Assembly: GCA_963726455.1 (NCBI GenBank)
Contig: CAVSCK010000003.1
Coordinates: 128,001-192,000 of the forward strand
Source: an uncultured bacterium
Lineage (GTDB): Bacteria > Zixibacteria > MSB-5A5 > CAIYYT01
Reading direction: 5' to 3'
DNA: 64,000 bases
Part shown: positions 1 to 10,056 of the stretch, one piece after another
How the letters are laid out: each line of letters opens with the position of its first letter
Position numbering within the stretch: position 1 is the first letter of the stretch
Made by a program: the position numbers and the translations under genes
The notes under the pieces: model-generated
Told to the model about the DNA's origin: nothing
Seen by the model: the letters and a program-made list of their open reading frames with translations, nothing else
Databases searched by the model: none

Positions 1-55
1 GATCGGCGATCGTATAGATTCTGCCGCCATAGAACAGTTTCTTGAGACTCTTCAT
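1..55 (-). CDS. N-terminus (partial) of probable amidohydrolase-3/YtcJ-like metal-dependent hydrolase
   Basis: ATG at 55-53 overlaps the selB TGA (ATGA). It reads MKSLKKLFYGGRIYTIAD, resembling the 'xxNGxIYT' first strand of amidohydrolase-3 proteins. Only 18 codons are visible. Confidence 0.5.
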   Translation of the reverse strand, partial: MKSLKKLFYGGRIYTIAD

Positions 56-1917
56 TGCCATAGCGTTCTGTAATCTCCATCCCGTTTGGTTATATGCCGG
101 CGATCAAGGTCTTCGAGCAGGGGCAAAATCACTTTGCGCGAGGTATCGGTGATGTCCCGTGCTTCTGCGACGGTGATTTTGCCGTGGGTCTTGATATGGT
201 TGACAATTTCGGATGCGAAGTTTTCGAAGGTTGCTTTCAGGTAGATAGTTCCTCCCAGGTCGACGATTTCGCCGTTCTGCTTGAGATACGCAAAGATCTT
301 GCGGGCTTCTTTGTCGCTTGCAAGAAGATCGTCGCGGTTGACCGATTGCCTGGGATTTTCGGTTAGCATGGCCAGCAAGCGCGCCATTGCCCGCTTCTGT
401 GCGGAAGACAATTCTGCGGCATGTTGTTTCACCCTGATTCCGGCTTCGTGTCGTTCCAGCTTGCCGTCCGACAGCAACGCGTCCAGAACCTGATCAAACA
501 AGACCTGTGGTATCTTCACGGCCTGGACGAGCGCAGCCAGCGACATCGAAGCAAGATGTGGGTTCAATTTATGGAATTCGTTGACTTCGGCAAGAATGCC
601 GTCGCCCGACGAATTCCAGACTTTCGCAGAAATGAAAAAGCGATCGCGCTTGATAACAGAGCCAGACCGAATCATTTCACTAGTGGCTTCCGCGACTTGA
701 GTTGGTGCAACGAGTGATTGTGCCAGCAGGTCGGATTCCGCAACGATTCCCTTGGCAATCAGTTGATACTCAATGAGGGCTTTCGGTGTCGTCGCCGCGG
801 CGGATTGAAGCGATTTCCAGCGCTCAGTATCGGATCTCTTGAAGAGTTCGAGCACGGGATCGATGATGGTCCCACCGCCCAGGAGCAAGGACGGCGTCGG
901 GAGGCGAAGGATAAATCGGTCGCCAGCTTTGACAATGACCGGTGCATCTAATCGCAGAACCACAATGTACTCGCCGTCTCTCGCGGTCAGCGGGTCATCG
1001 GGGAGAAACAATCGGCCCGCAATTTCGGAGGTGCCGTGCAAGAAGATGATGTCGCGATTATGTTTTATCAGATGTAATTGCCTGGGCTCGACCGTGAGCG
1101 ACACTCCGAGCGTGTCGGATTCCTGAAGTTGACGCGAGGTGTAGAAGAGGTCGCCTCGTTTCACAGCGCCACGTTCAAGGGCCTGGGTGCCCACAGCAAG
1201 GCGAACACCGGGCAACGCGCGGTCAAGATGCGAATAGAAACTTTCGAGATTCTTGACTTTAGTCTTCTGGCCGGAAGGATGGTGATACACCTCCTGACCC
1301 ACCGCGAAAGTGCCGTCGCGAAGTGTGCCGGTGACGACAGTACCGGTGCCGGCAATCGTGAAGACGCGGTCGGCATACAGACGCGCCGACTCACCCGGCA
1401 GATCGCGATGCACGGACTTCAACATTCGCTCGACTGAATCTCTCACTGCGTCGAGATTACGGTTGTCGAGCGCCGAGAACTCTATAATGTCGCAGCCGTC
1501 GAGGAAAGTATTCTGCGTCTTCTGGCGCAGGTCATTCTTGACCATGTCCTTCCAGTCAGGATCGACCATGTCAACTTTGGTCAGGACGATGATTCCGCGC
1601 TGCAGCCCCAGATAACGCAGGATGGCGAGATGTTCCTCCGATTGCGGCATCCAGCCATCATCAGCAGCCACGACGAACATGACCATATCAAGAGCACCAA
1701 CTCCGGAGATCATGTTCTTGATGAAGCGCTCGTGTCCGGGAACATCGACGATGCCGACTTCCTCACCGGTCGACAGCTTGAAAGAAGCAAAACCAAGTTC
1801 GATGGTCATTTCGCGTTCTTTTTCCTCGGGGAGACGATCGGGATCGGTGCCGGTGAGGGCTCTGACCAGGGAGGATTTGCCGTGATCGATGTGCCCGGCT
1901 GTGGCTATGGTATACAA
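52..1917 (-). CDS. selB: Selenocysteine-specific translation elongation factor SelB
   Basis: GHIDHGKS P-loop, REMTIELGF, DVPGHERFIKNM, TKVD and C-terminal winged-helix SRK..PLLE motifs. Adjacent to selA and tRNA-Sec. Confidence 0.97.
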   Translation of the reverse strand: MYTIATAGHIDHGKSSLVRALTGTDPDRLPEEKEREMTIELGFASFKLSTGEEVGIVDVPGHERFIKNMISGVGALDMVMFVVAADDGWMPQSEEHLAILRYLGLQRGIIVLTKVDMVDPDWKDMVKNDLRQKTQNTFLDGCDIIEFSALDNRNLDAVRDSVERMLKSVHRDLPGESARLYADRVFTIAGTGTVVTGTLRDGTFAVGQEVYHHPSGQKTKVKNLESFYSHLDRALPGVRLAVGTQALERGAVKRGDLFYTSRQLQESDTLGVSLTVEPRQLHLIKHNRDIIFLHGTSEIAGRLFLPDDPLTARDGEYIVVLRLDAPVIVKAGDRFILRLPTPSLLLGGGTIIDPVLELFKRSDTERWKSLQSAAATTPKALIEYQLIAKGIVAESDLLAQSLVAPTQVAEATSEMIRSGSVIKRDRFFISAKVWNSSGDGILAEVNEFHKLNPHLASMSLAALVQAVKIPQVLFDQVLDALLSDGKLERHEAGIRVKQHAAELSSAQKRAMARLLAMLTENPRQSVNRDDLLASDKEARKIFAYLKQNGEIVDLGGTIYLKATFENFASEIVNHIKTHGKITVAEARDITDTSRKVILPLLEDLDRRHITKRDGDYRTLWQ

Positions 1918-3287
1918 GCGGCCGCCTCCGTGAGAATGCGGACGATCTGATCATCCTGGCTATCTGCAACGGTGCGCAGGTCGATGTGGAATTTGTCCTG
2001 GTCGATGTAACCGATTAGCGGCGGGATTGAATTAAGCATGCGTTCCGCAAACGCGCCGGCCTTTTCGTGTGGAGTAATAACGAGTGCGATTGAGTCAAGC
2101 GTACCGCCAGGCAGGGAACCGCCGCCGGGTGTTGCCTTGGAATCGCGAATTTTCACTTCTAAACGCGTTGCAGCCAAAGCGCTCTTGATCTTCTCGGCGC
2201 GTTGTCGTAATTCGGCGACAGGAGTTGTGATGGACTGCCACAACGGAAGTGATGTAGAATCCTGTTTCTTTAGATAGGCAAACGCGGTCTCCTCCAACAT
2301 CGCAATCGAGATTTTGTCGAGTCGAAGAACGCGATAGATCGGGTTCTTATGCAGCGAGTCGAGAAGCGCGGAACTTCCAAGGACAATGCCCGCCTGCACG
2401 CTGCCGAGTAATTTGTCGCCGGAGAAACAGGTGAGGGAAGCGCCGGAGCGAATTGCGGATGTGATATTCGGTTCCGTTTCCATGCCGAAGTTTTCTGTTT
2501 GATGATATGCGCCGGAACCGAGATCGTAGACTGAGATTAGCTTGTGTTTAGCGGCGATGGCAGCGATGTCAACAGGAGAGACTTCAGCGACAAATCCCTG
2601 CATCTTGAAATTCGAAAGATGGACTTTCAGAAGTACAGCCGTCTTGTCCGTTATGGCTTCCTCGTAGTCTTTTCCGGTAGTTTTGTTCGTGGTACCGACT
2701 TCGACCAACCTGGCCCCTGCCCTGCGGATGATGTCGGGAATGCGAAATCCACCACCGATCTGGACAGATTCACCGCGCGAGATTATGACTTCCTTGCGAT
2801 TGGCGAATGTGTTCAGGATATGGAATAATGCAGCAGCATTGTTGTTGACCGCCAGTGCCGCTTCGGCCTCAGTCATTTGCGCAAGTAAGTACGAAAGGAA
2901 TGAACCGCGCCGGCCACGTTTGCCGGTATTGAGGTCAAACTCCAGCGTGCAATAGCCGGTGATGCGATCTGCTACTTTGGCGAATAGCTCCGGACTAAGC
3001 GGAGCGCGGCCAAGATTCGTGTGAATTAGTACGCCGGTACCGTTGATGACCTGCGTGATGCGGCTGCGTGAGAGAAGATGCAGTCGCTCGACGATCAACC
3101 TATCGATCTTTTCCTGATTCGGCGCCCTTCCTGAGGATTGAGCGCCTTCGCGGACAGTCTGCAGAACTTCACGAATGACATTGGTCACCAGTACGCGCGA
3201 GAGCTCCTCAATCTGCCGGTCAAAACGACCGGAACTGAGAAGCTGCTCTACCGAGGGAATTGATCTGAATGAATCGGATGAAGTCAT
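1905..3287 (-). CDS. selA: L-seryl-tRNA(Sec) selenium transferase SelA
   Basis: VINGTGVLIHTNLGRAP, VNNNAAA, EVGTTN, DLGSG, FSGDKLLG (PLP lysine) and GGGSLP motifs. Confidence 0.97.
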   Translation of the reverse strand: MTSSDSFRSIPSVEQLLSSGRFDRQIEELSRVLVTNVIREVLQTVREGAQSSGRAPNQEKIDRLIVERLHLLSRSRITQVINGTGVLIHTNLGRAPLSPELFAKVADRITGYCTLEFDLNTGKRGRRGSFLSYLLAQMTEAEAALAVNNNAAALFHILNTFANRKEVIISRGESVQIGGGFRIPDIIRRAGARLVEVGTTNKTTGKDYEEAITDKTAVLLKVHLSNFKMQGFVAEVSPVDIAAIAAKHKLISVYDLGSGAYHQTENFGMETEPNITSAIRSGASLTCFSGDKLLGSVQAGIVLGSSALLDSLHKNPIYRVLRLDKISIAMLEETAFAYLKKQDSTSLPLWQSITTPVAELRQRAEKIKSALAATRLEVKIRDSKATPGGGSLPGGTLDSIALVITPHEKAGAFAERMLNSIPPLIGYIDQDKFHIDLRTVADSQDDQIVRILTEAAACIP

Positions 3288-3300
3288 AATGTCTCAAATT

Positions 3301-3394
3301 TGGCGGAAGGGGTAGGAGTCGAACCCACCGCGGATGTCACCCACCCGCCAACGGATTTGAAGTCCGCGAGAGCCACCGGGCCCCATCCTCTTCC
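3301..3394 (-). tRNA. selC: tRNA-Sec (anticodon UCA)
   Basis: Reverse complement folds as a cloverleaf: GGAAG 5' end, 6-bp D-stem GGGGCC/GGCTCT with 4-nt loop, anticodon loop CTTCAAA, long variable arm GCGGGTG/CATCCGC, T-loop TTCGACT and encoded GCCA end. Lies 13 nt upstream of selA. Confidence 0.96.
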
Positions 3395-3486
3395 GAATGC
3401 TGACACTTTCTTTTCGTTAACAAGACACTCACCGCAACCTGGACTGCGAAAGTGGATCGACTTATGCGCGGAAACTGATCCGATAT

Positions 3487-4203
3487 TTATATCGAGACAC
3501 CGCCAAGTTTGAACGGGTCGTCGACAGGAATCAGTTCTTTCTGGACAAAGCCCTCGGCATAACCGACGCGAATGCGAATTCCGAGGTCGCGGTCCTTGAC
3601 GCGCATGTATTCGAAAATATCCACGCCGGGAATAAATACCTTGTTGGCGCTGTCGTCAACGTTGAACTGCGAGCGATAGCACTTGACGGCCTCGATCTTG
3701 CGCTCAAACTGCGCCGTGATATCGACCGCAAAGGAGGGCTCAAACCCGCGATAATAAGAAGCATAAATGATCTTGCGCGGCCGGTGTGGTTCGCCCGACA
3801 GCTCCGCTTTTTTGAGGCCGGCGAAATAACAGGCGTCAAAACCAAGTTGCGAGCTGATACGGTGATCCGGGTGGCGTTGCTCCCAGTGAGGAATGATGAC
3901 AAGTTGAGGGTGATAATCGCGAATCTTCTGCGCCAGCAAAGAACGTGATGGAAGGTCATTTTGAAGGTGAGCATCCGGCAGATGCAGATTATCTCGGAGC
4001 GTTACTCCCAGGACCCGCGCCGCGGCTTCGGCCTCGGCAGCCCGCGTCTGCGCGTCGCCTTTGGTGCCCATTTCGCCCTCGGTGAGATCAAGCATGGCCA
4101 CTGAGTAACCGGTGTCGACCAGCTTTGCGATCAGGCCCCCGCAAGTGATTTCCGAATCGTCGCGATGTGCGGCAATCACCAGACAATCAACCGCCATTGG
4201 CAT
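3487..4203 (-). CDS. bshB1: Bacillithiol biosynthesis deacetylase BshB1 (PIG-L family)
   Basis: AHRDDSE, DLTEGEMGTKG and RHPDH motifs. Adjacent to bshA and bshC. Confidence 0.9.
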   Translation of the reverse strand: MPMAVDCLVIAAHRDDSEITCGGLIAKLVDTGYSVAMLDLTEGEMGTKGDAQTRAAEAEAAARVLGVTLRDNLHLPDAHLQNDLPSRSLLAQKIRDYHPQLVIIPHWEQRHPDHRISSQLGFDACYFAGLKKAELSGEPHRPRKIIYASYYRGFEPSFAVDITAQFERKIEAVKCYRSQFNVDDSANKVFIPGVDIFEYMRVKDRDLGIRIRVGYAEGFVQKELIPVDDPFKLGGVSI

Positions 4204-5329
4204 TTCCCTTCTGAGCTATTATGGACAAGTAGAAATCTTCATATTGTTTTACGAGCCGATCCGCGCCGAATCTGTTGACGGCAGTATCACGCGCGGCGAT
4301 TTTCATTTGAGAAAGTTTGGCTTCATCCGAGAGCAATTCAGCGGCCGCCTTCCCCATCGAACCGGTGTCTCCTACCTCAAACAGGTAACCGTCGTGACCA
4401 TGGGTTATCACTTCCGGCAGTCCTCCCGTACGGCTGGCAATTACCGGCACAGCGCAGGACATGGCCTCCAACGCCGCCAGACCGAAGGACTCAGTTTCGG
4501 ACGGCAGCAGGAACAAGTCTGCGGCGGGAAGAATCGATTCCACCGAATCCTGACTGCCGAGGAAAATGACGTCGTCGTCAATGCCATGTTTCCGGGCGAT
4601 GTACTCGGCGAGCGGCAAATCGGGACCGTCACCGATCAGAACCAACTTGGATTTGACCTGCTCATGTATCAAGCGGAACACTTCCACGACATCAGCAATA
4701 CGTTTGACAGGGCGAAAATTCGACAAGTGCATGACAATCTTGTGATCGTCTTGAGTAAAGGGCGTTCGGGTACAACGGTCGGAACTAGGCCTGAATACTT
4801 CAGTGTTGACGAAATTGTGAATCACCTCAATTGGCTTATCGATGCCGAAAACCTCGACGGTTTGCTTGCGAATGGCATCCGAAACTGCCGTCAGGCCGTC
4901 CGATTCAGCCAGCGAGAACTTGGTGATTTCAAAAAATGATCGTTCCGTACCGACCAGAGTAACGTCGGTGCCATGCAGTGTAGTGATGACTTTGATGCGG
5001 CAATCTTTGGCAATCTGTTTTGCCAGAAAAGCTGCCGGAGCATGAGGGATGGCATAATGGACGTGTAACAGATCGAGCTTCCAGCGGCAGACAACGTCCG
5101 CCATCTTTGCAGCCAAGGACAGCGTATAAGGCGGATACTTGAAAAGCGGATAACTGGAAATCTCAACCTCGTGGAAGAATACGTTTTCGCGGAATCGATC
5201 CAGGCGATATGGAAGTGCGTACGAAATAAAGTGCACCTGGTGTCCGCGCGCAGCGAGCGCCATGCCCAATTCGGTGGCAACAATGCCGGAGCCACCAATG
5301 ACAGGGTAACAGGTAATTCCGATTCTCAT
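4187..5329 (-). CDS. bshA: N-acetyl-alpha-D-glucosaminyl L-malate synthase BshA (GT4)
   Basis: [48 protein letters not shown] and [11 protein letters not shown] motifs. Confidence 0.96.
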   Translation of the reverse strand: MRIGITCYPVIGGSGIVATELGMALAARGHQVHFISYALPYRLDRFRENVFFHEVEISSYPLFKYPPYTLSLAAKMADVVCRWKLDLLHVHYAIPHAPAAFLAKQIAKDCRIKVITTLHGTDVTLVGTERSFFEITKFSLAESDGLTAVSDAIRKQTVEVFGIDKPIEVIHNFVNTEVFRPSSDRCTRTPFTQDDHKIVMHLSNFRPVKRIADVVEVFRLIHEQVKSKLVLIGDGPDLPLAEYIARKHGIDDDVIFLGSQDSVESILPAADLFLLPSETESFGLAALEAMSCAVPVIASRTGGLPEVITHGHDGYLFEVGDTGSMGKAAAELLSDEAKLSQMKIAARDTAVNRFGADRLVKQYEDFYLSIIAQKGNANGG

Positions 5330-6963
5330 TCGGCGCCGCCTTCCGGTTGATCCAGGTAGATCAAATGATGTACGTCAGTCTTGCAGTCAATTGAATCATA
5401 AAGTCGATCAACGATCCACATGCCGTACTTCGCAAGATAGTAGTTGAGAGGGAAGACACGCTCCTGTAATTGGCGTGTCGGATATAGATGAAAAGCCACG
5501 CGCTCCAACTGGCCGCGGATGGTCTGGTTCTTTTTGCGGTGTGCCTGAAATACTTTATCCTCCAAGGATTTGATTTCGATGTCGATGCGGCCGTTTACGC
5601 GTTTGAAATTCGTAAGCAGCCCCTGATCAGTCTGATCGAGTGAGCTTCCAATTGTATCCATGTGCTTCTTGACGCCTTCACGCAGATCGGCAAACAGGCG
5701 GTCGAAATCGCCGGTGAAAGTGCGTCTCATTACCTCGTTCACAAGATTGCCGGCATCGCCCAGAAAATCCTCAAAGCCGAAAGCATATTTATCCATCAGT
5801 CGAGAAATGTTACGTTCAATTATCGTCGCCGAATAGCGCGGATAGATGACCGGAGGAATTTCGTCAAACAGGCCAAAAAGCTCGCGCATCTGGGCAAAGT
5901 ACGCGGCTTCCGCGGGTCCGGCGAAATAGATCAGAGTCGGAAATATGTGACTCTGCACCACCGGACGCAGGAAGACGTTGGGCGCGAACAGAGATGGCGA
6001 CCGTTCGACGTCGTCAAGTAATGCCTGTTGACTAAGGTATTTTCCCTCAACGGAAAACCCACCGTTGGCATAGTCGATATGTGTACGCTTGCCGTCGCAA
6101 AAGAACAGGTTGGAATATCCAGACGGTTTGGCGACCTGCAAGTGATAGCTGCTTGCTTCCAGTGATGAATTTGCTCTGCCGATGGCGCGCTCGGATTCTT
6201 CGCGCAGCTGCAACTCCTTTCTGAATACAGGCAGAGATAGACGCCGCAGTTCGTCGTCACTCGGATCGACCAGAATCAGGCCTTTGTCTTTGAACAGGTG
6301 GCACATGTACTTGCCGAAGGCCGCAACAATAAATTCACCGGGGCGATAGAATTCGCGTAGATGCGCCATCAGTTCTCCACGAAACTCGGTCTCGGGAAGT
6401 GCCTGTTCGTATTCGGCGAGGAGTTGCAGGACGCCGTCGTCCAGCACGACCGATCCCATCGGCTGGCCGTCATGCGGATTGCGTGGGCGATAGGTAAGTT
6501 TAGCCAGTTTTTCGTCGCGGCCGGGAACAACAACAGTCGCAACCTCGGCGAAATCGGCATCGTCAGCGGCGAGCCAGAATATGGGGACTACCGGAGTTTG
6601 CAGTTTGCGACAATTGCTTTCGGCAAGTTTGACCGCCAGAGCGGCTTTATAGAAGACGTATAGCGGTCCGCCGAAGATCGTCACCTGCTGACCAGTGAAA
6701 ACGGCGGTGGCCCGCGGATCGAGGAGTTTCTGAATGTTCTCAAAGGTCTTAGCGCTCGCGCCATACTGTTGGTTTTGGCGCGTGAGAACAGCGACGATCT
6801 TGTCGCGATCAAACGAACGTCGGCTCAGCTTCTGCTGAACCGACGCGAATGATTCCTGATTTGTGAAAGGAAACGGATAGAAGTCGTCCGCCTGCCCCGA
6901 CAGATAGTCCAGGAGTAACTTCTTGCTACCTGGAACCCTGTCAAACGGTATTGTTTTCTGCAA
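5326..6963 (-). CDS. bshC: Bacillithiol cysteine-adding enzyme BshC
   Basis: TGQQ..FGGPLY..YKA, VPIFW, PNVFLRPVVQ, GPAEAAY and LQER motifs; 545 aa. Confidence 0.93.
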   Translation of the reverse strand: MQKTIPFDRVPGSKKLLLDYLSGQADDFYPFPFTNQESFASVQQKLSRRSFDRDKIVAVLTRQNQQYGASAKTFENIQKLLDPRATAVFTGQQVTIFGGPLYVFYKAALAVKLAESNCRKLQTPVVPIFWLAADDADFAEVATVVVPGRDEKLAKLTYRPRNPHDGQPMGSVVLDDGVLQLLAEYEQALPETEFRGELMAHLREFYRPGEFIVAAFGKYMCHLFKDKGLILVDPSDDELRRLSLPVFRKELQLREESERAIGRANSSLEASSYHLQVAKPSGYSNLFFCDGKRTHIDYANGGFSVEGKYLSQQALLDDVERSPSLFAPNVFLRPVVQSHIFPTLIYFAGPAEAAYFAQMRELFGLFDEIPPVIYPRYSATIIERNISRLMDKYAFGFEDFLGDAGNLVNEVMRRTFTGDFDRLFADLREGVKKHMDTIGSSLDQTDQGLLTNFKRVNGRIDIEIKSLEDKVFQAHRKKNQTIRGQLERVAFHLYPTRQLQERVFPLNYYLAKYGMWIVDRLYDSIDCKTDVHHLIYLDQPEGGAE

Positions 6964-9900
6964 CGGCCTTCCTATTCTTGCCGAATATCTTCTTCACGAC
7001 ATCGTCCAGCAAGGTATATACGACTGGTACGACCAGCAAAGTCAGCGCGGTTGAAGTCGTCAAACCGCCGATGACGGCGCGGGCGATACCGGCGCGTAAT
7101 TCGGCGCCGGGACCAAGGCCGAGTGCCAACGGCAACATACCGAAGATCATCGCGAACGTCGTCATCAAGATTGGCCGGAGACGAATTGATCCCGCGCGCA
7201 CCAGAGCATCCATACGGCTGCTGCCGCGCCTCATATCCTGTTTGGCGAAATCGACCAACAGAATTGCGTTCTTGGTCACCAGACCCATCAACATCACGAT
7301 ACCGATCATCGACATGATTGAGAGCGAACTGCGGAATATCAACAGGCCGAGGAATGCTCCCACCAGAGACATCGGCAACGACAACATGATGGCGAACGGA
7401 TCGGTGAAACTCTCGAACTGCGAAGCCAGCACAAGGTAGATCAAGATGATCGAGAGCAGCAGTGCCTGCAAGATATATCCAAACGACTCGGCCTGCATTT
7501 CGGCCTCGCCGGACGCATAGATTCGATATCCCGGAGGCGTCGGAATCTTCACGGCTTTCGCAAAAGCGTCGGCGCGCACATCACCGGCAAATCTTCCGGC
7601 ATTGTTGGCCGTAACTTTCACGGTCTGTTGGCGATCATACCGATCAATTTCAGACACGGCACTCGCATCCACGATCGAAGCCACGTAACTCAGCGGGACC
7701 TGGTTGCCATGTGCGCCATTGATCTCTTTCGAGGACGGAACGAGAATCCGCGACAAGTCGGACAAGTTCTTTCTGTCTGACTCCTGCAAACGGACTCTTA
7801 CGTCGGCCTCGTGCTCACCTTCGCGATACTTAATGGGCACTACCCCGTAGACAAGGTAGCGCACGGCCATGGAGGTTTGGGCGACATTGAGACCAAGGTC
7901 AGCAATTCTTTCCCGGTCGAGATTCAACCTGAGTTCGGGCTTGCCCTCACCCAGTGAATTGTCGACCTCCACGGCTCCCTTGGTAGCACGGACAGAATCT
8001 TCGACAAGCGCCGCGATGGCTCTCAGCTTGTCCGGGTTTTCGCCCGAGATCGAGATTTCAACCGGCATGCCACCGCCACCACCCTGCGACTGTTCTCCTG
8101 TGAAGGCAATCTTCAGGCCGGCGTACGAAGCCACTTCCGAACGGATCTGAGTCATCAACTGATTCGCGGTTAGCTTACGTTCTGCCAGATCAATCATCCT
8201 GACGTGCATATAGCCCCAATTATTAGGATCACTGCCGGAGCCGATGGCCGTGAATATTGAGGACACTTCCTTATGTGAGGCGGCGATATCTTCGATACCC
8301 TTGCTCAACCGCGCGGTTTCCTCAAGTGTAGTTCCCGGTGAGGCCTTGAAATTGATGAAGAATTCACCGCGGTCGTAGTCGGGGAGGAATTCGGTTCCAA
8401 TCAGACTAACTAACGGGAAACTACCGATGAAAATGAGCACTGCGACAACCATGACCAGCAACCGATGGTTGAGAGCATAATGAATGGTCTTCTGATAAAG
8501 GACGTTCAGGCGATCAAACAAATCATTCCATAAGTTGGTTACCTTGTAGATCGGATTCCTGGTGCCTTTGTGGTGAGCATGTTCTTCCTTTAAAAAACGC
8601 GATGACAGCATCGGTGTGAGTGTGAACGCCACGAACAGAGAGACTAACACAGCGGCGGCAACAGTCATACCAAAGGAGAAGAAGAACTTTCCGACGATGC
8701 CCTTCATGAAGGCAACCGGAACGAAAACGACGACGATTGTAAAGGTGGTCGCCATCACGGCCAGGGCAATCTCGGAGGTACCATCATAGGCCGCAACATT
8801 ACGAGCTTTGCCTAAGCCGAAGTTGCGGAAGATATTCTCGATCACCACAATGGCGTCATCGATCAGCAAACCTACAGCCAGCGACAGTCCCAACAGAGTC
8901 ATGAAATTGAGCGTGAAGCCCAGGAAACGCATGAAGATGAAGGTAGCAATGATTGATGTTGGAATCGCCAGAGCGGATATAATAGTCGGCCTGATGTCGG
9001 CCAAAAACAGGAAGATGACCAGCACTGCCAGAATACTACCATAAATGATATTGACCATGACATCGTGAACGGCGTCGACCGTGAACACGGAGTTGTCGGC
9101 GGCAATAATAATCTTCACGCCGGGAGGCAAGACCTTCCCAACATCATTGACCACGGCCTTGACTGCATTGGCGACATCCACCGTGTTCGCACCAGATTGC
9201 TTGACGATATTGAGTGCAACCGCCCGCTGGCCGTTCAGTCGGGAAAATGACTCGAGATCTTTGGTCGAGTCTCTGACTGTAGCAATGTCCTGCAGGCGGA
9301 CATTCTTTCCATTTTCGTTCTTAACGATCAGGTTGCGGATATCGTCGAGCGAAGTAATTTTACCCATCGTTCTGACGGTGAAGTCGCGACCCTGACTCTT
9401 GAGGGTGCCGCCCGGAAGCTCCAGACTTGCAGACGCCAGAAGGTTCTGAATATCGAAGATGGAAAGATTGAGAGCTTCGAGACTCGTCTGGTTAAGTTCG
9501 ACCTGAATTTCCCGTTCATCACCACCCACCAGTTCAACGTTTCCGACACCCTGAATGGACTCCAGCCGCTTCTTAACGGTTTCCTTGGCAATGATCGTCA
9601 ACTCGCGCGTAGACTTGTCCCCGGCGATTGCCAGCGACAGGATCGGAGTCGACTGAGGATCGAACTTCTGGATTACGAGATCTTGAATGCCCTCGGGCAG
9701 ATCCTGTTGGACGCCGGCAACTTTTTCTCGCACGTCCTGAGCAGCGAAGTCTTCATTAACTTCGAGGTTGAATTCGATGAAGGTGGTAGCGTACCCCTCC
9801 AGACACTGTGACGTAATATGCCGCACGCCGCTGATGGTACTGACGGCATCTTCTACCTTGGTGACGACCTCGGTTTCCATGTTCTCCGGGGAGGCGCCGG

Positions 9901-10054
9901 GGTAAATGACCTGAATCACGACAAACGGAAAGTCAACGTTCGGGAAAAGCTCTACGCTCAAGTCGCGATACGCGAAAGCGCCCAGCACGAGCAGGGCGAG
10001 AATCATCATGGTCGCGAAGACCGGCCGGTTGATGGATACTTTGGATAATATCAT
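6941..10054 (-). CDS. RND efflux transporter permease (AcrB/AcrD/AcrF family)
   Basis: 1037 aa. GLLIDDAIVVIENI, LVTKNAILLVDF and RLRPILMTT motifs. Confidence 0.95.
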   Translation of the reverse strand: MILSKVSINRPVFATMMILALLVLGAFAYRDLSVELFPNVDFPFVVIQVIYPGASPENMETEVVTKVEDAVSTISGVRHITSQCLEGYATTFIEFNLEVNEDFAAQDVREKVAGVQQDLPEGIQDLVIQKFDPQSTPILSLAIAGDKSTRELTIIAKETVKKRLESIQGVGNVELVGGDEREIQVELNQTSLEALNLSIFDIQNLLASASLELPGGTLKSQGRDFTVRTMGKITSLDDIRNLIVKNENGKNVRLQDIATVRDSTKDLESFSRLNGQRAVALNIVKQSGANTVDVANAVKAVVNDVGKVLPPGVKIIIAADNSVFTVDAVHDVMVNIIYGSILAVLVIFLFLADIRPTIISALAIPTSIIATFIFMRFLGFTLNFMTLLGLSLAVGLLIDDAIVVIENIFRNFGLGKARNVAAYDGTSEIALAVMATTFTIVVVFVPVAFMKGIVGKFFFSFGMTVAAAVLVSLFVAFTLTPMLSSRFLKEEHAHHKGTRNPIYKVTNLWNDLFDRLNVLYQKTIHYALNHRLLVMVVAVLIFIGSFPLVSLIGTEFLPDYDRGEFFINFKASPGTTLEETARLSKGIEDIAASHKEVSSIFTAIGSGSDPNNWGYMHVRMIDLAERKLTANQLMTQIRSEVASYAGLKIAFTGEQSQGGGGGMPVEISISGENPDKLRAIAALVEDSVRATKGAVEVDNSLGEGKPELRLNLDRERIADLGLNVAQTSMAVRYLVYGVVPIKYREGEHEADVRVRLQESDRKNLSDLSRILVPSSKEINGAHGNQVPLSYVASIVDASAVSEIDRYDRQQTVKVTANNAGRFAGDVRADAFAKAVKIPTPPGYRIYASGEAEMQAESFGYILQALLLSIILIYLVLASQFESFTDPFAIMLSLPMSLVGAFLGLLIFRSSLSIMSMIGIVMLMGLVTKNAILLVDFAKQDMRRGSSRMDALVRAGSIRLRPILMTTFAMIFGMLPLALGLGPGAELRAGIARAVIGGLTTSTALTLLVVPVVYTLLDDVVKKIFGKNRKAVAENNTV

Positions 10055-10056
10055 AG

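Noticed and set aside
3300-3512. 70-aa + strand ORF
   Set aside because: It is antisense to tRNA-Sec and has no protein features.
4112-4939. Long + strand ORFs opposite real genes (also 15681..16469, 17922..18557, 31112..31792 and others)
   Set aside because: Antisense shadows of well-supported genes, with no recognisable motifs.
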